Origin: a virus
Taxonomy: Duplodnaviria > Caudoviricetes
Virus record (IMG/VR): IMGVR_UViG_3300042891_000430
Location: 1 to 56,670 of that record
Length of the DNA: 56,670 bases
Strand: one strand, 5' to 3'
The notes beneath the pieces were generated by a model. It did no database searches. It was given only the letters and a program-made list of their open reading frames with translations, and was not told the origin of the DNA. Positions 26,588 through 35,980 of this stretch are shown here, in pieces (the first letter of the stretch is position 1; each line of letters opens with the position of its first letter). Made by a program: the position numbers and the translations under genes.

Positions 26588-29118
26588 TAACCACACAGAT
26601 AGATGCAAGCGACAAGTTTAACTTCGTCCGGTGAAGAGAATGTAACATTCTCACGGGCTTTGGCAACGGTGCAACCACGGACAATGTCATCGGCTTGCTT
26701 CATACCTTTACCCGGCATGGAGGACGAGACAATGAGGTCGCCTGTCTCAATGTCGCCATTTTCTCCACAGACGAGAACCTGACCTTCACCCAAAGCATTG
26801 ACGGCGATGTAGTCGTAGTTACCGCGCATGGCCTCCCAGATAGGGGTCATCTCGTTCTCGACATACCTGTCCTCTGTAAGGATAACAGGCCACTCTACGC
26901 TCCCATCACGAGCTGCCTCTGTCTGAGGGGGAGGGTTCTGATCGAATACTGCCGGTGGCATGGTATTGCCGAGACGTCCGTGTTTATACGCAACTACCCC
27001 AACAACACCTTTTTGGTTTTGGCGACTGCTTTTCTCAACCCGGCAAAGGACGTTAGACACACTACGACGGACAAGGCACTCCACATCGACAACGATCTCT
27101 CCAATTTCGACGTCATAGTCTATCTCAGTAAGAGCATCGTGAGCACCAGTAAACGGGCCATAGTTTATCCCGTTACCTTCGGCATAAAAATCATAGCCGT
27201 TAGCTACGCCGACAAGTCCAGATGTGTACCCAGTTGAGAAGTTAGATCGGCCACGAACGCCATGGTTGAAGGCTCCACCATCAGCGCCAAGGCCGTAGAT
27301 ACACTCAACTCCGTTAGCACTGGTACTAAGTGCTGGTAGGTTTGGGTCTGCGATGTTGCCGCCACTTAGGCAGGTAGTAATCGGTCGCCACAGAAATACG
27401 TTCTGGTTGCCGGTATACGCCTGCAAAATGTACTGGCCGCTACTATTGGTAATTAGAAGGTTCACAGCCGTGAGCGTGCCGCCACTAATGCGGTTAGCGC
27501 TTAAACTACCAGTAGTGATTTTACCCGCGTCGAGATCGCCAATATAGGCGCTGCCTATAGCTGCGAGATCGATATAGGTCGCGACGTTAGAAGTCCTGAT
27601 CTTGTCTAATACTGCAAATGGCCCGAGCCCACTCACCTGCGTATTAGGAAGCGACCCAGTAATCTTAGAAGCCGACAGCGCAGCATCAACCGCGAGCTGA
27701 CCGCTACTAATAAAAAACGGTGTCGCTGTACCAGTTGGTGTGGTTACGATGAACTGGTCTGTGTTGAACTTGATACGACTTGTGCCATTTGAGAACGCTT
27801 GGATACGCATCCCAGCACTGCTGTAGGTAGAGTTAGGACCACTCTCAGCCGCACGGACCTGTACCTGAAATTCTGCAGCCGCTCCGTCCGATGGACTAGC
27901 GCTTGCCAGAAGTTGGTAGAACCCGCCAGCCGAACCACCAGTGGTCTTAACTTCAAGGCTGTTAAGGTCAGACGCTAGGGCGCTCGTACCATTAGCTGTC
28001 GTAACCTGCGTACCGTTAATCGTCGCAGTGTTACCATCAGGGCCAATCGATACAAGGTTATCGAGGCGAGTAGCCGTAGTCTTATCGCCGTCAGTCTTTG
28101 AAATGCTCTCGGTGACAAGAGTTGAAAGCAGCACGCCGAGGCTGTCGACGTTTGTAACAACTTGCCACGCCGACCCCGTCCACTTTTTAAGGGTGTTAGC
28201 TAAAGCGGTATCCAGCCAAAGATCATTAACGGCAATAACGCGAGGCGTCCTAGACTGAATGAACGCAGTTGTCTGCGTCTGCCAGCTAGATCCGTTATAG
28301 ACCTTCAGTAACGTAGTCGTAGTGTCGAACCAGATAGTTCCAACAGATGGCGAAGTTGGAGCTGTCGACTGAATGAACGCAGACCGAGTAGCCCATAGAG
28401 AACCATTCCACTGCTTAATAACTGGTGGCGACGTGTTAACATCGACCCAGTAATCGTTAACTAGAAGCGAGCGTGGGAAGTTACTTTGGATATAGGTATA
28501 GGCGTTAGTTGACGCGGTAGTAACAGCGTTAATCTGTGTGGCAATCGCACCATCTGGACCTGACAACGCAAGGATATCGGTAGTAACCGCCGCGATCATG
28601 CCCTGCGTTTGAGCGTTTACCGTATCGATACGGCCAGACAACGCCTGTGTCGCTGTCGAGCGGGCTAGCTGCTCTGTTACGATCTTAGCGTTAGTGTCAT
28701 CGACTGCCGCATCTAGCTGAACGATCTGAGCTTTAGTTACGGCATTGGTATCCTCAATACCTTGCCGAAACATATCTAGCGCGTTCTGCAACGTGGCGAG
28801 CGCAATACGCGCCTCACGCTGGTTCTGCTCAGCTAATTTAGCTGCTTGCGCCGCCGCTTTGTCTAGGATCTGATCGAGTGTCGGATCTAGGAGGATCTTA
28901 CTCCAGTTCGTCTTCTCTGTAGATATAGTGACCGCTTTCTTAATGGCGGTATCGAGATCTGCAACCGTAGCAACCCATGCACTGCTATCGCCAGTCTGAC
29001 GACTTAGAACCTCTACAGTCTGCTTGAGGGCGCGAACAGCCGTTGCGACACTATCTAGTGTCGTTCCAACTTCGGGGATAGCTGCGTATTTGTTATTACG
29101 AACATCAACCACGTCCAA
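26587..29118 (-). CDS. Tail fibre/spike with a C-terminal chaperone-like domain
   Basis: Coiled-coil region, three W-rich repeats (FIQS..P....W.DT...K.W.GS.W), and C-terminal FTGAHD...GEGQV...VACIYLCG. Confidence 0.75.
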   Translation of the reverse strand: MDVVDVRNNKYAAIPEVGTTLDSVATAVRALKQTVEVLSRQTGDSSAWVATVADLDTAIKKAVTISTEKTNWSKILLDPTLDQILDKAAAQAAKLAEQNQREARIALATLQNALDMFRQGIEDTNAVTKAQIVQLDAAVDDTNAKIVTEQLARSTATQALSGRIDTVNAQTQGMIAAVTTDILALSGPDGAIATQINAVTTASTNAYTYIQSNFPRSLLVNDYWVDVNTSPPVIKQWNGSLWATRSAFIQSTAPTSPSVGTIWFDTTTTLLKVYNGSSWQTQTTAFIQSRTPRVIAVNDLWLDTALANTLKKWTGSAWQVVTNVDSLGVLLSTLVTESISKTDGDKTTATRLDNLVSIGPDGNTATINGTQVTTANGTSALASDLNSLEVKTTGGSAGGFYQLLASASPSDGAAAEFQVQVRAAESGPNSTYSSAGMRIQAFSNGTSRIKFNTDQFIVTTPTGTATPFFISSGQLAVDAALSASKITGSLPNTQVSGLGPFAVLDKIRTSNVATYIDLAAIGSAYIGDLDAGKITTGSLSANRISGGTLTAVNLLITNSSGQYILQAYTGNQNVFLWRPITTCLSGGNIADPNLPALSTSANGVECIYGLGADGGAFNHGVRGRSNFSTGYTSGLVGVANGYDFYAEGNGINYGPFTGAHDALTEIDYDVEIGEIVVDVECLVRRSVSNVLCRVEKSSRQNQKGVVGVVAYKHGRLGNTMPPAVFDQNPPPQTEAARDGSVEWPVILTEDRYVENEMTPIWEAMRGNYDYIAVNALGEGQVLVCGENGDIETGDLIVSSSMPGKGMKQADDIVRGCTVAKARENVTFSSPDEVKLVACIYLCG

Positions 29119-30445
29119 GCTCCCTTGAAGTCGACGCGATCTGAATATCAGTTACGATCACACGAGCTTCAATCTCGAACTGCCACTCCTCAGCCATAAA
29201 GCCTGACGGCAGGCGGAACTCTTCCCCTGAGGTACGGAGCTCTCGCGAGAAGCGCAACACGCCGTCGCAATAGACGCGGAAGATACCATACATACTCGCA
29301 GTGAGCGTAGTTGGGTTTACAACACGGTCGATAAGGGTAGGTGCGCCGGGAGGAACAGTGAAATAGATCTTGGCTGCGCCAAGGTTTTCTTTCTTGTTCA
29401 TCTTAAAGATCTTCGACCGCCACTTATACGGTTGAAGATTTGTGCTGTCTGGGTTGTCGAGGACAAAAACCTGACCGCCTTTGATAATCAAAGGCAAAGC
29501 TGACCACGGGTCTGCGATGATGTTACTAATCGCGTACGACGTATCTTTAAGCTGGATGTACCCAAGGCGCGAGTTTGAAGCCGACGGATCAATCATGATC
29601 CCATTCGTCTCCGTAATGCCCGGTGTCTCGTACGCCATATAGGCAGTGTTAAACTGCACGGCGCGAAGCTTATAGATGTTGCTGCGGCTCTTCCACTCCG
29701 CCGGACCAATAAGTCCCTGCGTCAAGTTCGTAACCTGACCGGGAGTGGCAACGACAAGACCATTCGGGCTGGAGTAAATGACGCCGTTTGGCGTTGAGAT
29801 GATTGAAGCTCGCGACGTGCATGGCTCGTAAGAGTTAATCTTGGCGAGCGACATAACAGACGGATGCACGCCTGTGGCAGTCCACGGTGAGCCTGTCGTG
29901 CAGATAATAAGCGTCTGACCCATGACGCCACAGCCAACAACAGGGTAGTCGACGGCTACAGCATATTCGGCAGGCCATGCGTGCGGGCGGTATGGTTCGC
30001 AGAACCACACTTCGTTATCTTTCCACGCAGCGATGATCCCGTTAGGCATCGCTACCCAGCCTTTCAGGCTGCTATCTGGCGGTATCCATCCGGTACTCTG
30101 CAACTGTTCGTTACCAGTGATATCGTCATCAGTCTTGTTGTCAGAATAGCTGGTAACACCTACTGCGATCTCATCGACACGAAAATAAGTTGCGATACCT
30201 AGTACAGATGTAACAGTACGATACACGCGCTTAGTCGTGATCGATCTACCGTTTAACTGCGATGAGGTAGGGTCCGGGATCAGCAGCGACCAAGTCTCGC
30301 CGACGTTACCAGTCTTAACGGTCGGAGCGCTTGGGGGGCCTTCTTCGCCGAACTCAGATACATACGTATATACGTACGACCGGACAACCGTAATCGGGTC
30401 GACCCAAAAGTCATCTCCACCAGAACCAACGGTTGTATCAGTCAT
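29105..30445 (-). CDS. Tail nozzle/stabilisation protein, C-terminal part
   Basis: RSYVYTYV..GEEGPPS, MPNGI, FCEPYRPHAWP, WRSK.F and FRLPSGF motifs. Confidence 0.7.
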   Translation of the reverse strand: MTDTTVGSGGDDFWVDPITVVRSYVYTYVSEFGEEGPPSAPTVKTGNVGETWSLLIPDPTSSQLNGRSITTKRVYRTVTSVLGIATYFRVDEIAVGVTSYSDNKTDDDITGNEQLQSTGWIPPDSSLKGWVAMPNGIIAAWKDNEVWFCEPYRPHAWPAEYAVAVDYPVVGCGVMGQTLIICTTGSPWTATGVHPSVMSLAKINSYEPCTSRASIISTPNGVIYSSPNGLVVATPGQVTNLTQGLIGPAEWKSRSNIYKLRAVQFNTAYMAYETPGITETNGIMIDPSASNSRLGYIQLKDTSYAISNIIADPWSALPLIIKGGQVFVLDNPDSTNLQPYKWRSKIFKMNKKENLGAAKIYFTVPPGAPTLIDRVVNPTTLTASMYGIFRVYCDGVLRFSRELRTSGEEFRLPSGFMAEEWQFEIEARVIVTDIQIASTSRELGRG

Positions 30446-31929
30446 CCGTTACCCCCCGTGCCACCGCCACCGCCAGTGTTCGGATCATAAGGTGAAAAAT
30501 ATGCGTTCTGGTTTACGACTGGGAACGCGGTAAATCCGTTAATCTGGTTACCACTCAGATCAAGAACCTTAACGCGGCTATCTTCGGCAGCGTCATAAGT
30601 TACGAGAACTTGATCGCCATAGAGCGTAGTGATCGGAATAGTAAGGACAACAAGAGCATCAACCCCGTCGACATTGACTTGTGTCGGGACATGGTTTGTA
30701 CCGTTAACAATAACCCCGAAGCGTGTCGGAGCCGGGGAGTTTGTAATCAACTTCTCGTTGAACTTCAGGTTCACGATATTATTGATTGCCGAGTTAGCAA
30801 TCATAGACGGCCTTGAGTTATCGCCAGCCGTGTTCTCAACCGGCTTCATCACGAAGCCCTGAGCATCATTACCAGCCGTATCTTGGATCGCATTAGCGTC
30901 GTTGCTAATCGTAGGATCAGTGTATGAGACAGTAACAACTGCACCGACGGATACTGCGCTCGCGAGCGTAAGGATCACGCAACGATCAGGCGGGTAGATC
31001 GACATCGAAGACACGTTAACCTTCGCGCCGTTTGCCAAAACATTGAACGTCGACGTTGCCGGAAGATTGGTATCTTGAAGCGGATTTGCATCCGTAAACC
31101 AGACCTTGAGCGTCACACCATCCGGCTCAAGAAGGGCCTGACGGAACGTAGGTCCGATCTTGTCTGACGTATCGTTCCCGACTGTAAGCGTAAATGAAGC
31201 AACGTCGTTACCAGCTTCATCCTGCAGGGCTGACTTATCGTCACCAGTGGTTGGATCTTTGTACGTCAGAGTAATGACTTCGTTTGGATCTACGGGCTCG
31301 GACAGGTTGAGCGTGCATGTGCGCGCTGGGCCGTCGATAGCAACTGACGCGATCTCAAACGTGCGCGTAGGCGAAGTCACCGTAAACGCAGTGGCAGGTG
31401 GAGGGTTAACTGCATCAAGCCTACGCTCCTCAGTGAACTTGATGAGAAGCATGGCACCGCTAACACTGGCAGACGATACAGTCGGAGCAACTGTATCGTC
31501 TGGCGTAACTGGAGCAGCAACATTGGGAGCGCTACCCGGTGCAGGTATCCCAAGTTTATAGGCGCTATTCCCAGTAGCGATGCGAGAGTACGTATTGTAC
31601 GTCGGGACTGTATTAGGTCCGACCCAGTAAAACCGCCTGTAACTGTCATCACGAACCGGAGCTCGTAAGACCTCTACATCGATATCTTGGAACTCCATCC
31701 ACACGGACGTGTTAAACGTATCTCCAGAATATGGATCGCTCGGGATACGGTAAACGCGAGTAGCAGCCGGGTTAACTAGATTACGCACAAGGCGCGGCGA
31801 CTTCATGCCGTCGAGCGCACCAGAGTACATCCATGTGTTTTCGGCCAGCGCCGCACCACCGTCAGGGAGCAGACGATCATCCTGTATGGGGATCATACCC
31901 CCAAAGACGTTGATGCGAAGCGCGACCAT
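30442..31929 (-). CDS. Tail nozzle N-terminal part fused to three SwmB-like repeats
   Basis: FGGMIP...RLLP..A..A.N N-terminus; repeats D..P...A.V.G..L...F...V.Y.DP....QD.AGN. Confidence 0.7.
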   Translation of the reverse strand: MVALRINVFGGMIPIQDDRLLPDGGAALAENTWMYSGALDGMKSPRLVRNLVNPAATRVYRIPSDPYSGDTFNTSVWMEFQDIDVEVLRAPVRDDSYRRFYWVGPNTVPTYNTYSRIATGNSAYKLGIPAPGSAPNVAAPVTPDDTVAPTVSSASVSGAMLLIKFTEERRLDAVNPPPATAFTVTSPTRTFEIASVAIDGPARTCTLNLSEPVDPNEVITLTYKDPTTGDDKSALQDEAGNDVASFTLTVGNDTSDKIGPTFRQALLEPDGVTLKVWFTDANPLQDTNLPATSTFNVLANGAKVNVSSMSIYPPDRCVILTLASAVSVGAVVTVSYTDPTISNDANAIQDTAGNDAQGFVMKPVENTAGDNSRPSMIANSAINNIVNLKFNEKLITNSPAPTRFGVIVNGTNHVPTQVNVDGVDALVVLTIPITTLYGDQVLVTYDAAEDSRVKVLDLSGNQINGFTAFPVVNQNAYFSPYDPNTGGGGGTGGNG

Positions 31930-31936
31930 TTAACAC

Positions 31937-32098
31937 TCACTTACCGTTCTTAGCCAAAGCCTTCTTGCCAGCTTCAATCTCTTCGAGCGTAGCTTTGCTC
32001 AAAGCAACAGGAGCGGCATCGGCCTTCTGTTCTGTTACGGTAACAGTTACTTCGGTAGTAACTTCCGAAGTAGCTTCGACTTTAGGTGACTTAGCCAT
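31937..32098 (-). CDS. Small hypothetical protein
   Basis: RBS AAGGA; C-terminal T.EEIEAGKKAL. Confidence 0.65.
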   Translation of the reverse strand: MAKSPKVEATSEVTTEVTVTVTEQKADAAPVALSKATLEEIEAGKKALAKNGK

Positions 32099-32109
32099 GT
32101 TAGTTCCTT

Positions 32110-32364
32110 TCAGCAGTTCCAAGCCCGCAACGACTTGTTGATGCGGGAGTTAGGGTCATTGGCTGTTTTAGCGCTAGTCAGTTTCTTTTTCATCCCTTTC
32201 ATTCGGGCACAGAAACTGTCACGGCGCGGCCCACCTTCGGGTTGTGGTGGCTTGAGACCCGGCTTACCGGGATTAGCTTTGTTGTAAGCTGCGCGGCCCT
32301 TGGCGTTCAAGCCGCCTTTAGGGTCTTTTCCTTCCTTACGCTGCCATGCTGGGGTCTTAGCCAT
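32110..32364 (-). CDS. Small basic phage protein (DUF6321-like)
   Basis: AWQRKEGK.PKGGLN.KGR...SFCARM...W.C. Confidence 0.75.
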   Translation of the reverse strand: MAKTPAWQRKEGKDPKGGLNAKGRAAYNKANPGKPGLKPPQPEGGPRRDSFCARMKGMKKKLTSAKTANDPNSRINKSLRAWNC

Positions 32365-32528
32365 CACTTACCCTTCCGAGCTGCACGCATATTATCGACG
32401 AGGTTAGGGTACGGACGTCCAGCTTTACTCGCCATAGCTTTAGCTTTGGCTTTCTGAGCTTCAGACATCTTCTTAGAAGGACCGAGGCCCTTTGGTCTCG
32501 GCTTATCCCAAACAGGTGTCTTTGCCAT
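32364..32528 (-). CDS. 54-aa basic protein (not in the ORF track)
   Basis: MAKTPVWDKPRPKGLG...GRPYPNLVDNMRAARKGK; TGATG-coupled on both sides. Confidence 0.75.
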   Translation of the reverse strand: MAKTPVWDKPRPKGLGPSKKMSEAQKAKAKAMASKAGRPYPNLVDNMRAARKGK

Positions 32529-32710
32529 CACTTGCCCTTGTTCATTTTGGACAAGGTCTGAGCCAAGCGAGCACGCTGACCAACTTTGCCTTTTTGCTTA
32601 GCTGCCGCTTCGAGCTTAGCCTTGGGGATCTTCTGACCCTGAGGGACACCTAGATCCTTATGGAGCTGACCCGGCTTCTTAATCGCTTTGGCGATCCAGT
32701 TCTTAGCCAT
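32528..32710 (-). CDS. Small basic protein
   Basis: NWIAKAIKKPG.LH..LGVP.G.KIP...RARLAQTL; coupled to neighbours. Confidence 0.75.
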   Translation of the reverse strand: MAKNWIAKAIKKPGQLHKDLGVPQGQKIPKAKLEAAAKQKGKVGQRARLAQTLSKMNKGK

Positions 32711-33510
32711 TACCAGTTTCCTGACGAGAACGGCTGCTCATTCTTAATAAGCAGGATGGTAAACATTGATGAGACCAGATTGTTATTGTTTGAGCCCACA
32801 GCAGTGGCACCAACACAATACTTCTCTGGGATCACAAGCGGGTATTTGAAGTTGTACTCAACAGCGCCATTGTTAATAGCGACGACTGCACCGACGCGGG
32901 CCACATGATCGGGGCCGGTAACAAGTAACTTACCAACAACGCTAGTCGTTCCAACTTCTTGACCAGAAGTGAACATACCCTCGACGATATAACCGGTAAA
33001 ACCATTCGGCACGGTGAAGTGCCCAGTGGTTCGTTGGTTGAATGTTGGGAAGATTAAATCCCAACGAACGGCTGGTACGCCAAGCGTAACTACCCCAGTC
33101 CCGATGTTAATAACGCCTACGTTATGGCCAGCAGACCCAACGGTAAGGACAGTTACGTTGTTGACCGCTGCAAAGGTATTGGTCGTGGTAACAGCAGTCT
33201 GACCGCTCAGGGTGACGATCTCAAAGATTTCGTCGTAGTTAGCGTTGACCCCGTCAATCCGAATAGTACGGGCACCTATACCGGCACCAGCGTCGTCCGT
33301 TGAGGTTGAGCTAACGAGAAGTTGAGCCGGTGACTGGCCGTGCGGAACCTTGCCGCCATCCGGCCAAACACTTTCTTCAGCCGTATCTAAGTCTTGGTTA
33401 TAACCAAAGACGGTTAGAGACCGGTGATAAGGGATATTGCCACGGGCGACCTGCAGCTCAAAAGGCTCAGACTTACGGTTCTCTGATATCGAAGATACAG
33501 GACGACCCAT
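32710..33510 (-). CDS. Hypothetical virion-associated protein
   Basis: 266 aa beta-rich ORF in the late operon. Confidence 0.65.
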   Translation of the reverse strand: MGRPVSSISENRKSEPFELQVARGNIPYHRSLTVFGYNQDLDTAEESVWPDGGKVPHGQSPAQLLVSSTSTDDAGAGIGARTIRIDGVNANYDEIFEIVTLSGQTAVTTTNTFAAVNNVTVLTVGSAGHNVGVINIGTGVVTLGVPAVRWDLIFPTFNQRTTGHFTVPNGFTGYIVEGMFTSGQEVGTTSVVGKLLVTGPDHVARVGAVVAINNGAVEYNFKYPLVIPEKYCVGATAVGSNNNNLVSSMFTILLIKNEQPFSSGNW

Positions 33511-33541
33511 GGCATACCCCCCAGTTAAGACAGCTTAACTA

Positions 33542-33694
33542 TTAGCAGCCTTTGCGACCTTTCACCATGCCGCCTTTCTTCATGAACGGCATCTTGGTGT
33601 CCTTCTTCATCATGTCAGCCTTAGGGCTCATCTTCTTGTCCATAGCTTTTCCCTTCTTCTCGAAAGGCATAGGACGCTTTGACATTTTAGCCAT
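33542..33694 (-). CDS. 50-aa Met/Lys-rich protein (not in the ORF track)
   Basis: MAKMSKRPMPFEKK...PFMKKGGMVKGRKGC; RBS GGAG; TGATG coupling. Confidence 0.7.
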   Translation of the reverse strand: MAKMSKRPMPFEKKGKAMDKKMSPKADMMKKDTKMPFMKKGGMVKGRKGC

Positions 33695-33888
33695 CAGTCT
33701 TCTCCGCAGAAGCCCATCCGTCGGGCGTTGTTGAACTTATTCCCCCGAATGGTTTCGGGGGTATCTTTGGCAGACCAACTGGTGGCAGGCCAAACTGCGC
33801 ACACGCTACTGACAGTCACGGCAGTGTCCGTCGTTCTCATGCAACTTGCTAGGATCAGTGCTGACAGCATCACCACGACGTATCGCAT
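33694..33888 (-). CDS. o-spanin (Rz1-like lipoprotein)
   Basis: Signal peptide with lipobox LASC; overlaps the i-spanin. Confidence 0.75.
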   Translation of the reverse strand: MRYVVVMLSALILASCMRTTDTAVTVSSVCAVWPATSWSAKDTPETIRGNKFNNARRMGFCGED

Positions 33889-34048
33889 TTGTGATCCTCT
33901 CTAGAGTATTGTGCATGATCTCTAACTGGGCATCGCTACGGGCATCGCCCCTAATCTTCCAGTAGAGACCACCGAGAATAGCTATGGTGACGAGGAATAT
34001 ACCAACATAGCGTCCGATTGGCGAGAGGAACCAAGCTATAACCGGCAC
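33806..34048 (-). CDS. i-spanin (Rz-like)
   Basis: N-terminal TM helix and helical periplasmic part; follows the endolysin; GTG start inferred. Confidence 0.7.
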   Translation of the reverse strand: MPVIAWFLSPIGRYVGIFLVTIAILGGLYWKIRGDARSDAQLEIMHNTLERITNAIRRGDAVSTDPSKLHENDGHCRDCQ

Positions 34049-34050
34049 GG

Positions 34051-34818
34051 TTAAGCGCCCTCTTCCTTGAGCATCTGGTATCGCCAATACCATATAGCGA
34101 CCGCCATAACGACAATGGCTATAGCGATCCAAAAGCTTGGCGAACGCACCAAGGCTGTCAAAATCCCGACACTGTCGTGCGTAGTGGACGCCGCTGAGAC
34201 CGCTTGGTTGAACTGGCTCGCAGCCTCAAGACCGCCAGCAATCCCTACGCCGACGGAGGTGTTGGCGATGCGGGACTTCGTAATCGGCTTCGGAGGCTGC
34301 GGTACGTCGACCGGTGTGGCAGCAGATGCCACGCGATTAGTCTTGATCTCCCGCCATAGAGCCACTTCAGCGCGACGGCGATTAACAAGTCCCGGAAGAA
34401 CCTTCCCATTGTCGTTCACCCACTTCATGAACTCAGCGGGAACCTGATCGAATTTCTTAGCGTTAACACGCTTGAGCAGAGTAGAGCGAGCGAAGGCCCC
34501 CCTGCCGACATTGAACGTGAAAGAAACCAGAGCGTCAAATTGCTCTTGGGTGAGGTCGACCGTGACAAGTTCTGACACCTGCTGGGCAACTGCCGTAACG
34601 TCCCTATCGAAGATATTCTCGCCTTCAGCCTTAGTGATAACCATCCCGGCTTCTGGGATCGGATCACCGGCAGCGGCGGTATGACCGTATCCAATAGTTA
34701 ACATCCCGATAACAGGCCCGCCCTTGTAATGCTTCTTTGGCTTGGCGTCGTCATAGCAGTAGGGGATGAAGGTCTCCCAGCTCTTGATGAGCTTGCGACC
34801 CTTTGGTCCTACGTTCAT
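34051..34818 (-). CDS. Endolysin (GH24 lysozyme) with C-terminal hydrophobic helices
   Basis: E...YDD...TIGYGHT, FDALVSFTFNVG and GLVNRRRAE. Confidence 0.9.
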   Translation of the reverse strand: MNVGPKGRKLIKSWETFIPYCYDDAKPKKHYKGGPVIGMLTIGYGHTAAAGDPIPEAGMVITKAEGENIFDRDVTAVAQQVSELVTVDLTQEQFDALVSFTFNVGRGAFARSTLLKRVNAKKFDQVPAEFMKWVNDNGKVLPGLVNRRRAEVALWREIKTNRVASAATPVDVPQPPKPITKSRIANTSVGVGIAGGLEAASQFNQAVSAASTTHDSVGILTALVRSPSFWIAIAIVVMAVAIWYWRYQMLKEEGA

Positions 34819-35033
34819 CGTGGAAGGCTCCATAAATAACTAAGTACTTTGGTGGCAGCGATTGTAATGGCTGATGCTGCACCGCCAACCATAACCATGA
34901 CCTTCCACCCGCCTCTGGCCTGATGCAAGATCTGAAGCATCTCATTCTGGTTCTTAATAAGTGTCGCAACATCCCGCTCCAAGCGGTCGATCTTGGCTTC
35001 AAAGTTACCGACTGTGCGCTGGATGTCGTCCAT
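34815..35033 (-). CDS. Putative holin-like membrane protein
   Basis: Coiled coil plus one C-terminal TM segment; ATGA overlap with the endolysin. Confidence 0.5.
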   Translation of the reverse strand: MDDIQRTVGNFEAKIDRLERDVATLIKNQNEMLQILHQARGGWKVMVMVGGAASAITIAATKVLSYLWSLPR

Positions 35034-35039
35034 GGTTGG

Positions 35040-35330
35040 TCACCGGGCTGTCAAGTTGTATGAGATGGTATTAACTTCGGTGTCGCCTTTAGAGGTCAGC
35101 GCCCTTATTTCGACATCGTACTGTACATTGGCTTCGCCACCAGAGACATAGAAAACTACAAGTTTGCCATCGACGAGATGGTACTCGTCGACATCGAACT
35201 GGTTTTGTGTCTGAGGAGTTACTACGAAAGTAACCTCTTCAACGAGCTCATCGTCATCGAGCCATATACTATAGTCGATGTTGTAGCGTTTCCGCTCGGT
35301 CGGTCTCTTGAAGTATCTTCCTAAGAGCAT
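35040..35330 (-). CDS. Putative fibre adaptor/structural protein
   Basis: K.P.E...Y.IDYS.WL...SGG...Y pattern; start ATG35330 overlaps the pcyX end. Confidence 0.55.
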   Translation of the reverse strand: MLLGRYFKRPTERKRYNIDYSIWLDDDELVEEVTFVVTPQTQNQFDVDEYHLVDGKLVVFYVSGGEANVQYDVEIRALTSKGDTEVNTISYNLTAR

Positions 35331-35980
35331 GGCGGCAACTCCGGGAATAGGCATGTCTGGATGAAGTCATGCACTGTCTCTTCGTCAAAGCCAAGAGACA
35401 TCATGACCTTAGGCGTATGCGGGTTGCACTTTTGGTTGCGACAATACCTATTCTGAGCGTCGGTATACTCGCCACTTATAGCACCTATGCTATTGAGGTG
35501 GTAGTTCAGGGTGTCGTCTACTAAGTCTAAAACTGTCTTCAGTTCGGCTTGATCTGAGATGTTACCTGCAGCGACCATGCTTGAGCTAAATATCTCGCGC
35601 GCCCAATCTGGTAAAGATCTCTCCTTACTCCACTCAAGACCTTTGACCCGGTTAGAGAACCACTCAAGCATCGGGCTATTGGGGTCTATGGGGCTGAAAT
35701 CGTGGAAGGCTCCGGTGACTTTGTTTGGTCCTGCGATCAGGTCAAAGCCAAAAATGGGCGAGCCGTCAGTAGTGTGTGGGAACACCGTCAGGTGCATCAT
35801 GTAGAGCTTCTTCGTGTCCCGCACGTCGACGACGTCGAGATGGGCGCGACGGAAGGTATCCGCACGCCAGACACAGTTAAGCCATGGGTATCTGTGGCCT
35901 TCGTCTACTGGTTCGTAAGACGAGAAGCGTGCGATGATTTGATCTTTAAGGGCGTCAAGATGCGCGAATGTCGTGGGCAT
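35321..35980 (-). CDS. pcyX: Ferredoxin-dependent bilin reductase, PcyX-like
   Basis: FRRAHLD, MMHLTVFP, PIFGFDL, HDFSP, R.LP.WA.EIFS, YC.NQK.NPHT and LFP motifs; adjacent to heme oxygenase. Confidence 0.85.
   Translation of the reverse strand: MPTTFAHLDALKDQIIARFSSYEPVDEGHRYPWLNCVWRADTFRRAHLDVVDVRDTKKLYMMHLTVFPHTTDGSPIFGFDLIAGPNKVTGAFHDFSPIDPNSPMLEWFSNRVKGLEWSKERSLPDWAREIFSSSMVAAGNISDQAELKTVLDLVDDTLNYHLNSIGAISGEYTDAQNRYCRNQKCNPHTPKVMMSLGFDEETVHDFIQTCLFPELPPCS

Noticed and set aside
30442-30460. Programmed -1 frameshift joining the two nozzle ORFs at the G6 run
   Set aside because: The -1 frame hits TAA immediately after the run.
33524-33540. CtrA box (TTAA-N7-TTAA)
   Set aside because: The spacing is 6, and it is better explained as a short inverted repeat AGTTAAG/CTTAACT.
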